The position numbers were made by a program, and so were the translations under genes. The notes under the pieces were generated by a model. The model saw only the letters and a list, made by a program, of their open reading frames with translations. It was not told the origin of the DNA and did no database searches. This document shows positions 11,705 to 24,578 of a DNA stretch of 64,000 bases, in pieces. Position 1 is the first letter of the stretch; every line of letters begins with the position of its first letter. The stretch covers positions 17,362-81,361 of the forward strand of contig NMRA01000040.1 of NCBI GenBank assembly GCA_002633005.1, in the 5' to 3' direction. Source of the stretch: Phoronis australis (taxonomy: Eukaryota > Animalia > Phoronida).

Positions 11705-13386
11705 AAGGGAACTGTATTTTATTCTGAATAAATTCTGGTTAGTTTTCTATGAATTGTTGATTAATTTCCCAAATAATTCAACACCAAAAATTAAACTTAT
11801 ATTCTCTAACGAAGCTCAAAAAATTACCGGCTTGGAGCGCTGCTTAGTTTCGTGACGTATTTGGCGGGGGCCAAGTCACTGTCCTGTGTTAGCGTGCAAT
11901 CAAGTAGCGTTTTTCATATTGTCGGAATAAGAAATTTTAGTGTGAAATGTCGGGTCACCAGGGATAACTGTTTGAGCCGAGGCAACACAAAGTGATACCC
12001 AGTCATCGTCATCGTCAGACGAAAAAAATTGCCGGTGCAACCAGTCCGTATCAACAATTTACACTGGTGTGACTGTGCCGAGGGCAATGTGGACTCTAGC
12101 CATCTAGTCAGCCAGCTGTCAGCCAATACGCAGCTTTGTAAACTTGAAGGGTTGGTAAGTTACCGACTGTAGCTGTATGAAGATTATCGTACCACTGTGT
12201 GTTGAGCTCCGTTAACCCCGAAATTTCAGACAGCCGTTGACTACCCGGGTATAGTTGACTGTTATGCTCGTCACCTCGTCGTAAAACTTAGGCTACATCA
12301 ACATATAAAGCTAACGGACCGGCGGGGGTGCATGCAAAATCTGGTAGTCACCCGACAATCCCATTATTCGTTGCAGCCGTTTAAGTTGAAAACAATCAAA
12401 TAAACGTCATTTGGTAGCATAATTTGCCGCCTTTTTAACAAAGAAGTGTGTCGTCCGTTTCAAAAACAACACGCTCGTGACACGGCGCACGCGCCATTTC
12501 ATAAAAATTTGACACGTCTTTCGGGACATGCTTCGCAGCACCAAGGTTGTTCTAAAATTCGGTTTGCTGGTGTAAAAATACTAAAAACTTGAAACAAAAT
12601 GGAACAAGTTCCGATAATTTGTTATAACATGTACGCAACCTAGGTACCGTCAGCGACGAACACTTGATAAAAGAATCAGGGGGAAAAGAAACTGGTAAAG
12701 GTCAGGTGACGTAATCGCAAAAAGCCGACTCATGAGAACACATCTCAATTTTACTAGCAGCAGCCGATGAACGATCGCTAACATTTCCAACACCGGTAAA
12801 TACAGAAGTTAGTTTACTCTAGGAACCTGGTTCCTAGGTTTACTCAAGGATGAGATTAGTTTTAATGACATTGATTTGAGTCAGATTTTATTTGTACATT
12901 TTTTACCCATATCGGCTCAAACCTGTAGACCTATATCTAGTATACACCATAGACTATAGTTGTCTATAATCTATGTATACACTGAGCTTTGGGCCAAGGC
13001 TTGGGTAACCCGGCGATGGTATGCGAAAACCATCCCATTAGAAGACACCTTTTTCGAAGAGTTTGAGCAACCAGGTGCCATACAAAAAGGCATAGCGAAC
13101 CTTTTACAGTACTGTGGCAAACAATAAAAAATAAGGACGATTGATACAATGATAAATTACGATGTAAACTCTTCAAATATGACATAAGCAATGAATGTGT
13201 AAAGCAGCCGATACCCCGCCGTTTACGTCACTGACACATCAGCCAATCAGCGATCGATTTCAGAATTAAGTGTTTTGCCCATGAATATGAATCGGCTTTT
13301 GTTTGGCAGGCAAGTCAGGCAAATGTGAGTTTCGTTTGTATGTTAGAACCGATTAACTGCAACATTATTTTGACTACAGTCCCCTT
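11705..13386. mobile_element. Second TTAA-flanked non-autonomous DNA transposon (Kolobok-like, different family)
   Basis: TTAA|AAGGGAACTGTA...TACAGTCCCCTT|TTAA: 12-bp TIR with 1 mismatch. Host MITE sequence resumes on both sides. Confidence 0.7.
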
Positions 13387-13703
13387 TTAATGTACTTGAG
13401 TATGCAATTACAGACTCTAATCGTGAGTTCGTACTAAAGCAGAACAGAAAATGCGGCCAAAAATGATATCGTAGAGATTAGAACCTCGTAGGCCCAAATG
13501 TGTTACACAACTTTCTGGTTTCTTTGTAAATAGTCATGGCATTGAATGGACATATTGTATCTCGAGCGTGTAGAACAGATACATTGTCAGCAGCCATCAG
13601 GTGGAGAGACCTACTCGATGTAAGTTTGAAAGTCAGATGTAACATAAATCTAGTTTTAATTGAAAATCAGTGCCCGATGGATGCACTTCTGTACCATAAT
13701 TAA

Positions 13704-16700
13704 GAGCAATTCCATATATAAACCAGATGGTGGGCTATATATGCAAAATCACCAATTTTTTGAAACTTAGCACATCAGCTGGCCTTGTCAAAAGAAACCT
13801 GAGCCTGATTTTTTAAGAGTTTCTGAGATTTTTTAACTCTTTTTACGACCACTTTGTACTTTTTCTGAAAAATAGCAAATAAAAGTACTGGGAAGTAGGT
13901 GACTTTTGTCAGCAACAACACATCATCGCTTTACGCTATTGAAAAAATAACTACACAGCAGAAAAAAGAAAGAATAACATACAAGAAAAATTAGTTCCAA
14001 TGAATTTATTGATTTTTATGTCCTCCCATTTTACCCTACAAAAATGTCATTTTCAATGCTTATTATTAAGGCCATTTTACGCATTTTTATCGCTCTCCCA
14101 AATCTATATCGGATTCTTTTGGAACATTAGTTAACTTCCATCTGTTACTGCTGTCTTTGTTCAGCCCAATGCAAGAATAAAAAATCTTGTTTCTTTCATA
14201 GTTTTTGTACAGTCAGTTTTTACATAACTCACTTACACACTTTTCTGCCAATCTGTGACTTAGTTAGATTAAAAAGCTCTGGGAGGCGCTACTCGATTGT
14301 GCAATTATCTATCTGCTAGGTTTAGTGTATGATGCATTTCCACACAACACTTCAAAAAAACCGCAAAATACGTCGAATCCATCCCAAAACGGGAACATGT
14401 CATTGTTTCTTTAATAGAAAGCTATTTACCAAATCGAATAAAAATCCGTCAAGGAACTTAGAAGTAAAAGAGGAACACAAAAAATGAAATTGCCACTAGG
14501 GGGCACAGATTCATTGTAAAGTCATCGTCGTCCGTTGTTAACTTCTCATAAATACGCTTACTAAAATTAATCAAGATCCTGCAGTGGGTTTAGGAGATAC
14601 AGCTATGAGCGCAAAAACAAAACTGCCACTAGGAGGTGCCACAGTAGTCGATGTCGTTGGAAAATCATCATTAACCGTCCTCTTCACTCTGAGAACGCTA
14701 ATTTTCAAAATTATGCTTAGAGTGGTTTGGTTGGCAGAGGGGCAGACGCCAAAAAGACTAGGAAACAATAAAAATGGCTCTTATATGGCGTAAAATATGT
14801 CAAATTATCCAAAAACGCCGTTTCTGTAAAGGAAAGCTGTGTACCAAATTTCATAAAAATGCATCAAGGACCTTCAGAGAAACAGGGGAAAACGGAAAAA
14901 AAAGAAATTGCCACAAGGGGGCACACCGTTTGTTGGATCCGTCTGAAAGTCGTCGTCGTCCGCTGTCAACTTCATATAAATACACTTGCTAAATTTATTA
15001 TAGATCCTGCAATGGGTTTAGTAGAAACAGCCATGGGCGCTACAAAAACAAAACTGCCACTAGGAGGAGCCAAAGTCGTCGGAAGGTTATCGTCAACCGT
15101 TCTCTTCACACTAAGAACATATATGCAAATTTTCACAATCATTCTATGGATGGTTTGTTTGACAGAGGGGCAGACTCGAAAACAATAAAATTGGCCACTG
15201 GGTGGAACAAAATACCTCAAATACATCCGAAAATGGGAGGATAACGCCATCTCCCTAATAGATGGTTATGTGCCAAATTTCATGAAAATCTGTTGAGGAG
15301 CTTTGAAGATACAGAGGTAAATGTATAAAACTAGGATTGCCCCTAGGGGGCACACCAGTTGATGGATCCATCCGAAATTTGTCGTCATCTATCATGTGGG
15401 CTCATAAAAACCCGTGTTCCATTCAGAAACTGATGAGGAGCACATCTGAACACGGCTGACCGACAAGTCAAAGATGACTGCATGGCAAAAAGTACTGAAT
15501 AAGTGAAAATTTATGATCAACTGCCATTACAATTTTAAAGAGAAGTGAGCTGTATTGTCAATTTTTGAGCCGCGGGATCTAATCATGAGTGGAGCTTCTT
15601 TCCATACTTAGAAAATATTTTGACGTAAATATTAAAATACAAATTACGGCAAGTAATCACCTCAGGAATGGTAGCCATCATTGCTGTGGCATAATCTACT
15701 AGCTTCAATGGCGACCCGAGCAGACTAGTGGAATGGCAAATCTGGTGACGATTTCACCAACTCTCACAAGTCATATGTACTAAAGATCGGTCACCTTTTC
15801 TACAAGTATGGTACATACTTTTTCGTGGTCTTTCGGTATAAACATGGGTCACACCTTTGAACCATTTGAATAAATATGGATCACAACTTTCAGACTTGCA
15901 AGGTATAACATGGTTGCCCATCCTAGCCCGCTAACCGGATAGGCCTTTTAGGTTTGTGCACCTGGGCAGTCAGTAAGTCGAAAGTTGTCAGCGAGAGCTA
16001 ATACAATATTCTGAACTGAAGTCATGACCTGTTGACCCAGGCTAACAGTTGTGATAAATATGAAGTAACTTTTTAGCAATTGCTACTAATATCTTACTTG
16101 CACCAACAGGGACTAACAAATCAAACTGACGAAAAATCTTTTGCGACATGCGAAAGTCAACGCCCCGTTCAATCTTCCGCTTCGTTCTAGATTGGTGTTC
16201 TGGATAACAGCACGTCAATTTTTGTCTAAAGCCAAGTCCAAACTCATGTCGATGAGTAAAACATATAACGGCACATTTCCATTGGTTTGCCAGTCCAGCC
16301 TCCTCTCTCCAGCTCTGGCAAGAATTAACTGTAATTCCGATATACTTTCAAACCTCTGTGGCACTTTGCACGACCTCAGATGACTTCTGACGTCTTTAAC
16401 ACAGCTAATAAAGGCCACATTTCCTCCGAGATTCCACTTAAGTAACGAAAATTGACCAAATGTACAAGAAGGAAATTCCTCCTAATTCTTTGCAGTGACA
16501 GGAAGTGCATGTAATTTCGAACGAACCCTAAAGTGCTATTGGTAAAGTTAAACGAAGTGTTTCAGAAAGTTTGGGTCTTAAAAGTGAAACTTAAATTTTT
16601 GTGATATTGCATTGTTGATATTAGATCATACATTTTAGGTGATATCTCTGAACTAAAGGAGTAGCCTCAATTCTCTTGTCAGTCAGAGTAAGGCCACATC

Positions 16701-17240
16701 ACAAAAATGCCCAAATTCGAAGGCCACGTTTAGCATTAGATATATAAGAGACAAGTTTTTTAAAAACAATTATTAAAGATTAGTCTTAGAAGTGTCTACA
16801 CAGAGAATTTCAACTTCAAATATATTCCGATATGGCATGCAGGTTAAGCAACATCTTGTCACTTGTGCCTGGCCTGAAAAGTGGTCTCGGAGTTTTCTCC
16901 CCTGCTGGTAATATTTAGATGTACCTATGAGTTTCAAATTTCATTTTGTTACTAACCTTACATGAGTCTTTATGACCATCAATGTCAAACTTTGTCACCA
17001 GTTTTCCAAGTTTGATATTTTGCCGTTCCAAAAGAGCAGTTTTACCGACATGAAAAATGCAAAATATGCCTTTATAGCCAAATAGGTCATATCTCGGTAA
17101 CCAAAGGTCATTGAGTGCAAATATTGCAGCAATATACTTTGGGCCAGCATCCTAACACATGCACAAAATATTAGCCCTGTATGAATTTTTGAGTATATAG
17201 TGATTTTTCATTTTCATATGGTTTTTATATGGAATCATTC
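13704..17240. mobile_element. TTAA-flanked ~3.5 kb non-autonomous DNA transposon (Kolobok- or Sola3-like)
   Basis: TTAA|GAGCAATTCCATATATAAACCA at the left vs TGGTTTTTATATGGAATCATTC|TTAA at the right. No intact ORF. Confidence 0.6.
14360..15400. repeat. Degenerate tandem array, ~420-430 bp period, with recurring CCACTAGGGGGCAC-like motifs
   Basis: Motif at 14493, 14626, 14911, 15057, 15195 and 15340; equivalent copies are spaced 418, 429 and 431 bp. Confidence 0.8.
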
Positions 17241-17324
17241 TTAAGTGCGGGCAAGAAATTATTCATTCTTTCCAGTTATTATAAATGTGTAAAAACAGTG
17301 TTCCGGTAGAAAATGACGTCTTAC

Positions 17325-17597
17325 TGGTTTGGCATTTTTGGGTCAGGCGACTGCTTTCTCGTTCAATATCACCGTGTCGCGCAGTTGAACGGATGATAAA
17401 CTCGTACTGGCTTCCAGGAGTAAGATCGGCAAACCGATGCTGAGTTTTGTCCTTAGGCAATTTCACGCGTGTTGCGTTACTTGGTCTGTAAAGTATCCGA
17501 AACCCCATCCATTCACCGCCGACTGGCAGACTCCATGACAATGTCACTGACGTGCTAGATATACCGTTACAGGTGAGATCTCCTGGTGCCCGTGGCG
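17325..17597 (-). CDS. FN3-domain exon (type B)
   Basis: 273 bp, tatgcag|CG...ACCA|gtaaga, phase 1-1. APRAPGDLTCNGISSTSVTLSWSLPVGGEWMGFRILYRP...FADLTPGSQYEFIIRS. Confidence 0.9.
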
Positions 17598-18226
17598 CTG
17601 CATAAACAAAAGACAACAAAAGCATAGCGGCTGAAAATTTGGAATCCAGGAATCTCCCGAAGCAGGTTGTCCGTTCCACATGTATGTATTCTTAAATGCA
17701 AAGAATTTCTAGGATTTCTAAGATATCTCATTCTTGATTAACACGAGGTTCAATTCGACACAATTCAAATTTTGTAAACGTGTCACGTCCAGTTGGAAAG
17801 TAGGGACCGGCATCAACAGAAATCGAACATAAAGGCATTGAAACTTACGTGGCTCCGTAGATTAGTAAATACAAAACAAACTTGTGGATATGTTTGGACT
17901 GAAGCATTCTGGGAAAAAATGACTATTGTAATGTGATCTCCTCCCAAATGAAAAATAAATTCCGGATGGAAATTTTTTCCATCTTGAAAGAATTTGTATT
18001 ATTGACCCAGGGGATGGCGAACCCTATAATTGTGAATTCGAATGTTCCGCAGCAGCACTTCATGACCGGATAAACGTAGCAATGTGCTTAAACCCCAAAG
18101 AGCTTATAAATCGGTTAAGAATTTAACATTGACAGCTAAACTCCTGTTGAAATGCCAATCAAATGAAAATTATGAAATCGTTAAGAATTTCAAATTGGTT
18201 GACTAGCTTATAATAAGAACACTTAC

Positions 18227-18490
18227 GCGCAAGAACGACGAGAGTATCAGATGAAACGGTGGCAAAGTTGAACTTTCGCGTTTCTGTCCAAAATTCATAT
18301 GGGTGACCGGATATTACCTTAACACGGTGAGAAGCTTTATTCGTCACAAGGACTTGTTGCGAGACTCTAGTAAGCTTGTTCAAATACTTCAGATGCAAAC
18401 TGGAATACAACCCGGAAGGATTCTTCCACGAAACAGTCATGTAGGACACGACTGACGAGTCAGCATCTAGATTCTTGGCTATGTCCAGAC
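18227..18490 (-). CDS. FN3-domain exon (type A-like, lacking Cys)
   Basis: 264 bp, ttccggtag|GT...GCGC|gtaagt, phase 1-1. LDIAKNLDADSSVVSYMTVSWKNPSGLYSSLHLKY...ISGHPYEFWTETRKFNFATVSS. Confidence 0.85.
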
Positions 18491-19083
18491 CTACCGGAAA
18501 AGACAATTAGTATAGTCCGTCATTCAAAATATAACAACATTATTCAATAACCGTTGGTTGTTTTTGTCAAGAATAATATTACTTGTGCTGAGCAAAGAAA
18601 AAAGGGATAAAAGAGAAACAAAATAGGCTCTAAAACACTTGAGATGAAATTGTAATCAGTTATCTAAGATATAGAGGGGTTAAATCAGTTCTACGAACGA
18701 CAAACGAAAAAAGTATTTCGTTTTTTTTCTAGGTAAGGTTGTTGCCTTTTTGAAGTTATTAATTTTGACCAGAGTTATAAAGCAGCAAAATCTGTTGTGC
18801 TCTTGTGATTTTAATTTTGAAATCGAGGCAGCGACTTCATCATCTGCTCTTTGAAAACGGCCGACGCCGGTCGGCGAGTGTAGGGCTGTACAAAGCCGGC
18901 GTGAAAAAGCCAAAGGCTGATCTGCTCAGTGTGCTTGAGAAATGGACGCTTATGGTGATCGCGCGTGATTGGTAAGAATATTTGCATTTTGCACATTAAT
19001 GTTATCAATGCAGACAGGGCGTCTTTGTGAGAACTCGTGCTATTGGAAAACTGATTTTCAGCTTAAACGTGGATATATGGCGA

Positions 19084-19208
19084 AGTCGTGATCCCCCGTT
19101 ATCTAGAGCCCGAGTGGATTTTGGAGAATTATCGCCCGAGAGGCGTTAGCCCCGAGGGTGATAATTCTACAAAATCCACGAGGGCTCAAGATAAGGGGGA
19201 TAACGACT
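19084..19208. repeat. Near-perfect ~60 bp-arm hairpin at the end of an interspersed element (possibly Crypton-like, extending to ~19918)
   Basis: atccccc.ttatct.gagccc..gtggatttt..agaattatc.ccc.../...gggtgataattct..aaaatccac..gggctc.agataagggggat. A second short inverted pair, tataccaca (~19230) / tgtggtata (~19908), follows. Confidence 0.7.
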
Positions 19209-19754
19209 GAGAACATGTAATAATCTATTTATACCACATACTGAACGAGAAACATTGCAGTGAATTGATCTACCTTTCTCGACTCGCCTCGACTTTGTAA
19301 CTACTTTCTATGTCAGAGGCCCGGGGTCGGAGGTCGTGACCTTTTAAGAAAGGCCGAGCTATTTTTGTCAAATAATGCTTTTACTCAAAACCAATTGAAA
19401 ATTTAAACAAATTAGAAATAAAGTGAATCTATAAACTAAGTTTAGCAACTATTATAGCTTACGCTAAGCTTCGACCGGGAAAATATCGTCTGCTAAAGTA
19501 GGTTACCAATAGCAACTGAGTGCAATGCTCAAGTCAAAGGATCCCGACGACACGATACCCGCATTCAAATTGGAGATCAATGATTTACAAATGAGAGAAC
19601 ACGAGAAAAAAATTAACTGAATTAAAGTGCCGTTTTTATGGAAATTATGCGTCTTATTTTTCATAGCGTATAAATGTCGGTACAATGCCCTTTGCTGAAC
19701 ATGCGATTGTTGCGCGTTCTCATTTAAGTATTATATTTTTACGTTCGATGACGT

Positions 19755-19830
19755 CAGCCGCTGAGTGGTGTAGTGGTAAAGTCGGCGACTCGAAACTCTT
19801 GAGGCCCGGGTTCGAACCGGTCTCGGTTTC
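19755..19830 (+). mobile_element. tRNA-derived Pol III promoter (SINE head or tRNA pseudogene)
   Basis: A-box TGGTGTAGTGG and B-box GGTTCGAACCG at tRNA-like spacing; no convincing acceptor stem. Confidence 0.65.
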
Positions 19831-20035
19831 CCGCCAAAATGATATCTCACTAGTGAGATAACTAAATGGGTTATTACACGGTGGTATCTGCCATTCGACG
19901 CTAATATTGTGGTATAATATTCATTTCTGATAGCACCCTATTTTCTGCTCCATAAACAATTCCACACCGGGACCACATCACAACAGTGTTAGACACATAA
20001 AATGATGGCAGAAAGGAACAAAAACTCGTTCTCAC

Positions 20036-20332
20036 TTGTTCGTCCTATGTTCTGCCCTAGAGAGGTGTCTGGGAGGAGACTGTTCACCGTCATACCCTTG
20101 TACACACGGACGCTTCTTGGGCTGAACGTGATTTTGGTGCCCGGCAGTAGTTGCGTCAACGTAGCCGTTCCCGTGTTATTCTCCTTGTAGAACTTCTCAC
20201 TGTACATCAAATCGCTCTCGTCATGGCCGGAAATTTCTATGTATGTCCACTGCCCCTCACTTGGCACAGTCCAAGCGACATCTAGAGTCCTCAAGGTAGA
20301 CCCTTTTATTTCGATGGTAGGAGTTAGGGGCT
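20036..20332 (-). CDS. FN3-domain exon (type B)
   Basis: 297 bp, gttccag|AG...ACAA|gtgaga, phase 1-1. PLTPTIEIKGSTLRTLDVAWTVPSEGQWTYIEISG...ATLTQLLPGTKITFSPRSVR. Confidence 0.85.
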
Positions 20333-20608
20333 CTGGAACGCATTGAACAACAAATGTCTCTACTTGTCTGTTTGTCCTAAGATTTGACTGCGATGCTGAA
20401 AACTTTGATAACCAAGCTCTTATGGGGAGAATTTTGTGGCTGACTTCTTTCTAAATCATCTCTAAGCCATGAGAACATATCGTATCCAGAGGATCACAAA
20501 ACTAGTGATTAACGATTCGACCGACATCACATGGGCTGCCCCTGATTGATTTCGCCGGTTCCGCCGAATCACAACCGGCTAAGACAACTGATGGTATTGT
20601 AGGGTTTG

Positions 20609-20975
20609 TAAATACACAAAACGTACCGAGAGTGGCGTACATAAAGTAATATCCCACGAGACATTATTCCGAGTGGGATATTACTTCATGTACGCCAATC
20701 GAAGTACGTTTTGTATTTATCCCATGCTCTTCGAATTCCTAAGTTTCTTAAGTCGGTAAATAAAACAACAAGAATGGATCAACTGAAATTTGAAATTTTC
20801 GGATGTAATAACTTCCTTTGTCAACAAAAACAGAAATAAAGTAAAATCAAACACAAAATGACAATTGACATATAAGATATGGTGTAATGAAAATGATGCA
20901 TTTTTGCGTAAAAAATTCAATGACATATTTTAAGATTTTTTTATGTTCAATCCATGAGGTTCTATTGTATTAAGT
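20609..20975. repeat. Interspersed repeat beginning with a ~110 bp hairpin
   Basis: Hairpin 20609-20719 (taaatac..aaaacgtac...gtacgttttgtattta). 20757-20970 recurs at ~42677-42885. Confidence 0.7.
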
Positions 20976-21313
20976 TTGTTTATCCAATATTGTTCTCTTT
21001 TGAATAAAATTCAAGATCTTTCTGTACAAATAATAGAAAAACTCATGTTTCAGAATGTTCCGATCTTGTTCAGGTTAATTGTGTGTTTCAGATTTTGGAA
21101 GTCTTATTGATTTTCTTGGGAAATTTTGGGTAACAACTGTATCACTTTCAGCAGCTTCAGCTATAGTACTACTGCTGGTGTCTTGAAACGTTGCTATGCC
21201 TTTCTGTGTCCTTTCAGTTTTTGGTCTGACACTTGGTCTTCTACAGCAGTATACTGTGTACACAGGCGCTTGGGTTTATCTGTTCCTCGATCGCAAATGA
21301 CGTCACTCAATAC

Positions 21314-24004
21314 TAAGAAAACATAAAGGTTGGACACTCAAAATCTGTTTGCTCAGAATTTTCTACTCAAATGTGCATGGAACTCCACGAAACTATCATC
21401 GAACAAATCTTAGAATACCTTCTTTCGTTTGATCTCTTAAAATTGCCTTCGAGTGGTGATTTGACTACAAAAATGCCAAAAGAATGTCAAAATCACAAAT
21501 TCAAGGATCTTATTCCGTGATGTCATGGCAGACGGTCTTCGCACATCCGGGTTTTTGGCGGACGCTCTCGAGCTAAATCCGAAAGTCTATTTTCGCGCGC
21601 CTTTTGTCGTCAATCCCTCGACTACTTGGTCATGAGAAGCTGAGAGCACATTAAAAATATCATTGCCAAATGAATGTAACTATTCAGATATTTGTGTAAC
21701 ATATAAATTATTCTGATACTGTATTGATATGCGAAATTATTTTGTGTACTGTGATTTCTTATGAAGGTTTCACTTTTGGTCAAAGCCATTGAGTTAAAGT
21801 CCTTCTCTCACGCGTTGTTAACCATTTATTACATGGTTAGAAGATGTTATAAGGATCCAAGAAGTACCTACACCATAACTAATACACGATCCGTACTCGA
21901 AAACACTTTAAATGAACGCGCCACTCACGATTCGTACCCGAAGAAACACCGCCATTTTGAACTTGCCGCGAACCCGGAAGTACAATTCATTCAGGAACCC
22001 AGGCCGAGAAAACGCCGTCCGTGCGACTGGAGCAGTGCCGGTACTGTTTGCGCGCCTTAATTTTGATAAAATCAAACTACGGACAATTTTATGGAATTTG
22101 CTAAAGAAATGTGGCGAATAAATTTTGACAGAAATTATTTTGCCAGACTCGGGACCGCAGCCTATCGGACCCGGTGCGGATCGAGTCCAGACAATGGCGA
22201 ACGGTAAATGCATGCGGTTGCAAGCTGTTTTGTCGAAGTAAAATGGTCAAATGATAAATGCTGCATATATTCAAGGGTAGTTTCAGAGACTTGCATGAAA
22301 TTACTGGCTGGTTAGTCCTGTGTCACACTGCCGCGCCGGGCAGACCTTAGTTAGTCTCAGTCACCAGCTACCATGCAGTGAAGACTATAGTCAAAATACA
22401 GCTTGTTAGTAGGCCTATACAGCTTTGCGCCAAGACTACCCTTAGGCCTAACTGGTCGCTGGCCACAAACACAAAAAACACGAAAATTGAACAAAGTTTC
22501 TTTTTTGTAGCAACGTTTGTCAAAATGTATCAACGTTAAATCTTCACAAATTACAAAGTAGCCGATTGAACATGCCTTTCAGTTCAGCAAAAGTCGACAT
22601 TGTAGGTGCCGCCAGAAATGAGATGAAGTCCAACGGGAATTGTGAGCACATTTATCACTTAATGAGTAATAACTGCGAGGCTGAAATTTGGTGAACACTG
22701 CTAAATCGTGCAGAATAGTAAGTAAAGATATGTCTAACTAAATTTCACCGTAATTTGTTGGCGAAAACAATTTACACAAAGTTTTAAACTCGTAACTCAT
22801 CCCGCTGTCCTCCAATATGGCCGACGCGATCCAAACAAAGTGACCCAAATTTCGCCACAAAACTTGCAATAACTTTACAGTGCTTGCCCCGATTTTGATA
22901 CTTTTTCGATTTTTACTGAGTAGAATGTACTACCTTTCCGATGATAGCAAAGTACTTTTTCAAAACGAGGAAAAAAATAAAACCGAAAAAAAATTGGTTC
23001 GACCCATATTGGTTCCTAGGTTCGACCGGCCTACGTAAGGAACTAAACACCAATGCTATTTTAACATACTAAGTACGCGTAACATTCCAAAAAAATCAAC
23101 GACTACTAACTACAAACTATAAATACACTACATATGCAAACGAATCACGATATATTACTAATAAAACAAAATAATGAAGACTTTTCGAGCAAGCCATAGC
23201 ACATTCAGTTACAAGGAAAAAATGGCAGCGTTCAGGACAAGTTCCTGAACTGATGAGCCGGAAATGTGGGTACGGAAATAACCGATGACAACCGGTAATC
23301 ATACGCTCAGAGAGAAGGGTCAAATACTGTTAAAAAATCGCTTTTGGTAAGAAAGGCGAAAAGAATATAACGAAAGGGTGTCGAAAATAAGAATTTATGT
23401 AGTAAGTTTTTTCGGATACTGGAACCACATGGGCAGTTTGCAAGAAGGACTTGAACTCGTCGGCCACGTGCATTGTAATACTCGCACGGACTGCGTTTCC
23501 TGGCCGAGTGTGTGTTGTGCTTCAACCAAGAAAAGTCGTGATGTCAAGATGAGAAACAAGATACGCCAGTTTACGCAATAAAATTTTGAGTTAAGGGCTA
23601 AAATGAGCTGTCAGAGGAATAAAATTACAAATAATAATTAAAATACTAACTTTAACATTTTCAAACAGTTAAGTTTTGGATTAGAATTATTGAATTTGAA
23701 ATGTAGATTGCTTGCTCAAACTCGCAGTTTCACCTACGACAGGCGCACAAGTTGAAGCACAACTGAAATCGCCATGTTTACTATTTTAGGTCCTTGAATT
23801 CAGAGTTTTGAGATTGTTTGTAAATTCCATCGCCAATTCACCACTCACGAGGACAATTAATGGGATCAAGGAAAGATAAAGCTTCGAATGTTTATGTAAT
23901 ACCAGACTGAGGGAGGTGCACGCAGATTATATTTGGATTTTGGACAGTTGAGGAAGGGAGCCTCAGCTCGGCAAAGTTATAGTGTCCAACCTTTATGTTT
24001 CTTA
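21314..24004. mobile_element. Non-autonomous TIR DNA transposon (~2.7 kb), superfamily unassigned
   Basis: TAAGAAA(A)CATAAAGGTTGGACACT...AGTGTCCAACCTTTATGTTTCTTA terminal inverted repeat. Its right ~500 bp recurs at ~34580-35085. Confidence 0.75.
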
Positions 24005-24578
24005 TATATGGTTACAAGTCATCGGTAAATTCGAGCGCCTGTGACTGTGTATATAGGCTATACCAGGACATGCAGCTGTGACACCTCTTCTTCTTTTTTG
24101 ATATACTGATCTACAGAGTTCCACAGTCCAGCTTTCGTCAGGATGCTTCTCTAAGCTTCTTCAGGTTCTGGCATCACAATTTTGTGCTGTTTAATAAACC
24201 TTGAATTATACAGGCATCACACTCCATGGGAGCAGCCATATTGAAGTAACTAATCACAACAATTCAATCTGGCTCTCTGATTGGTCAATTCAATAGAAAT
24301 GAGCCTCCAAGTGGCAGGAATATGCATAACATTTTGTGCAACAAAAACACCTTTTTAAAAAAAAATGTGCAAGTGTAGACGTGGGAACTTTTTGGAATTT
24401 GATTTATAGGTATATTATCTAGGNCCCCCCCCAAAGTACTCACAAGGATGAACGCTATGAGATCTGGCCCACCGACTATTAGGTGGTTGACGTGGACAGC
24501 GGAACCGGCAATTGAAGTCAATCAAGTGCAGCTATGATCTCATCGACTGAAAGTTTTAGGTGCCTGAAAGTAACTCAC

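Noticed and set aside
14360-15400. CRISPR-like regularly spaced repeats
   Set aside because: The spacers are themselves homologous (tandem repeat), the context is eukaryotic, and there are no cas genes.
16097-16410. Cys-containing exon-like segment ending in a phase-1 GTAAG donor
   Set aside because: It has an in-frame stop, no matching acceptor in frame and no recognisable domain, and it lies inside the 13704-17240 element.
19755-19830. Functional tRNA gene
   Set aside because: A/B boxes are present but no proper acceptor stem or cloverleaf; better explained as SINE-like.
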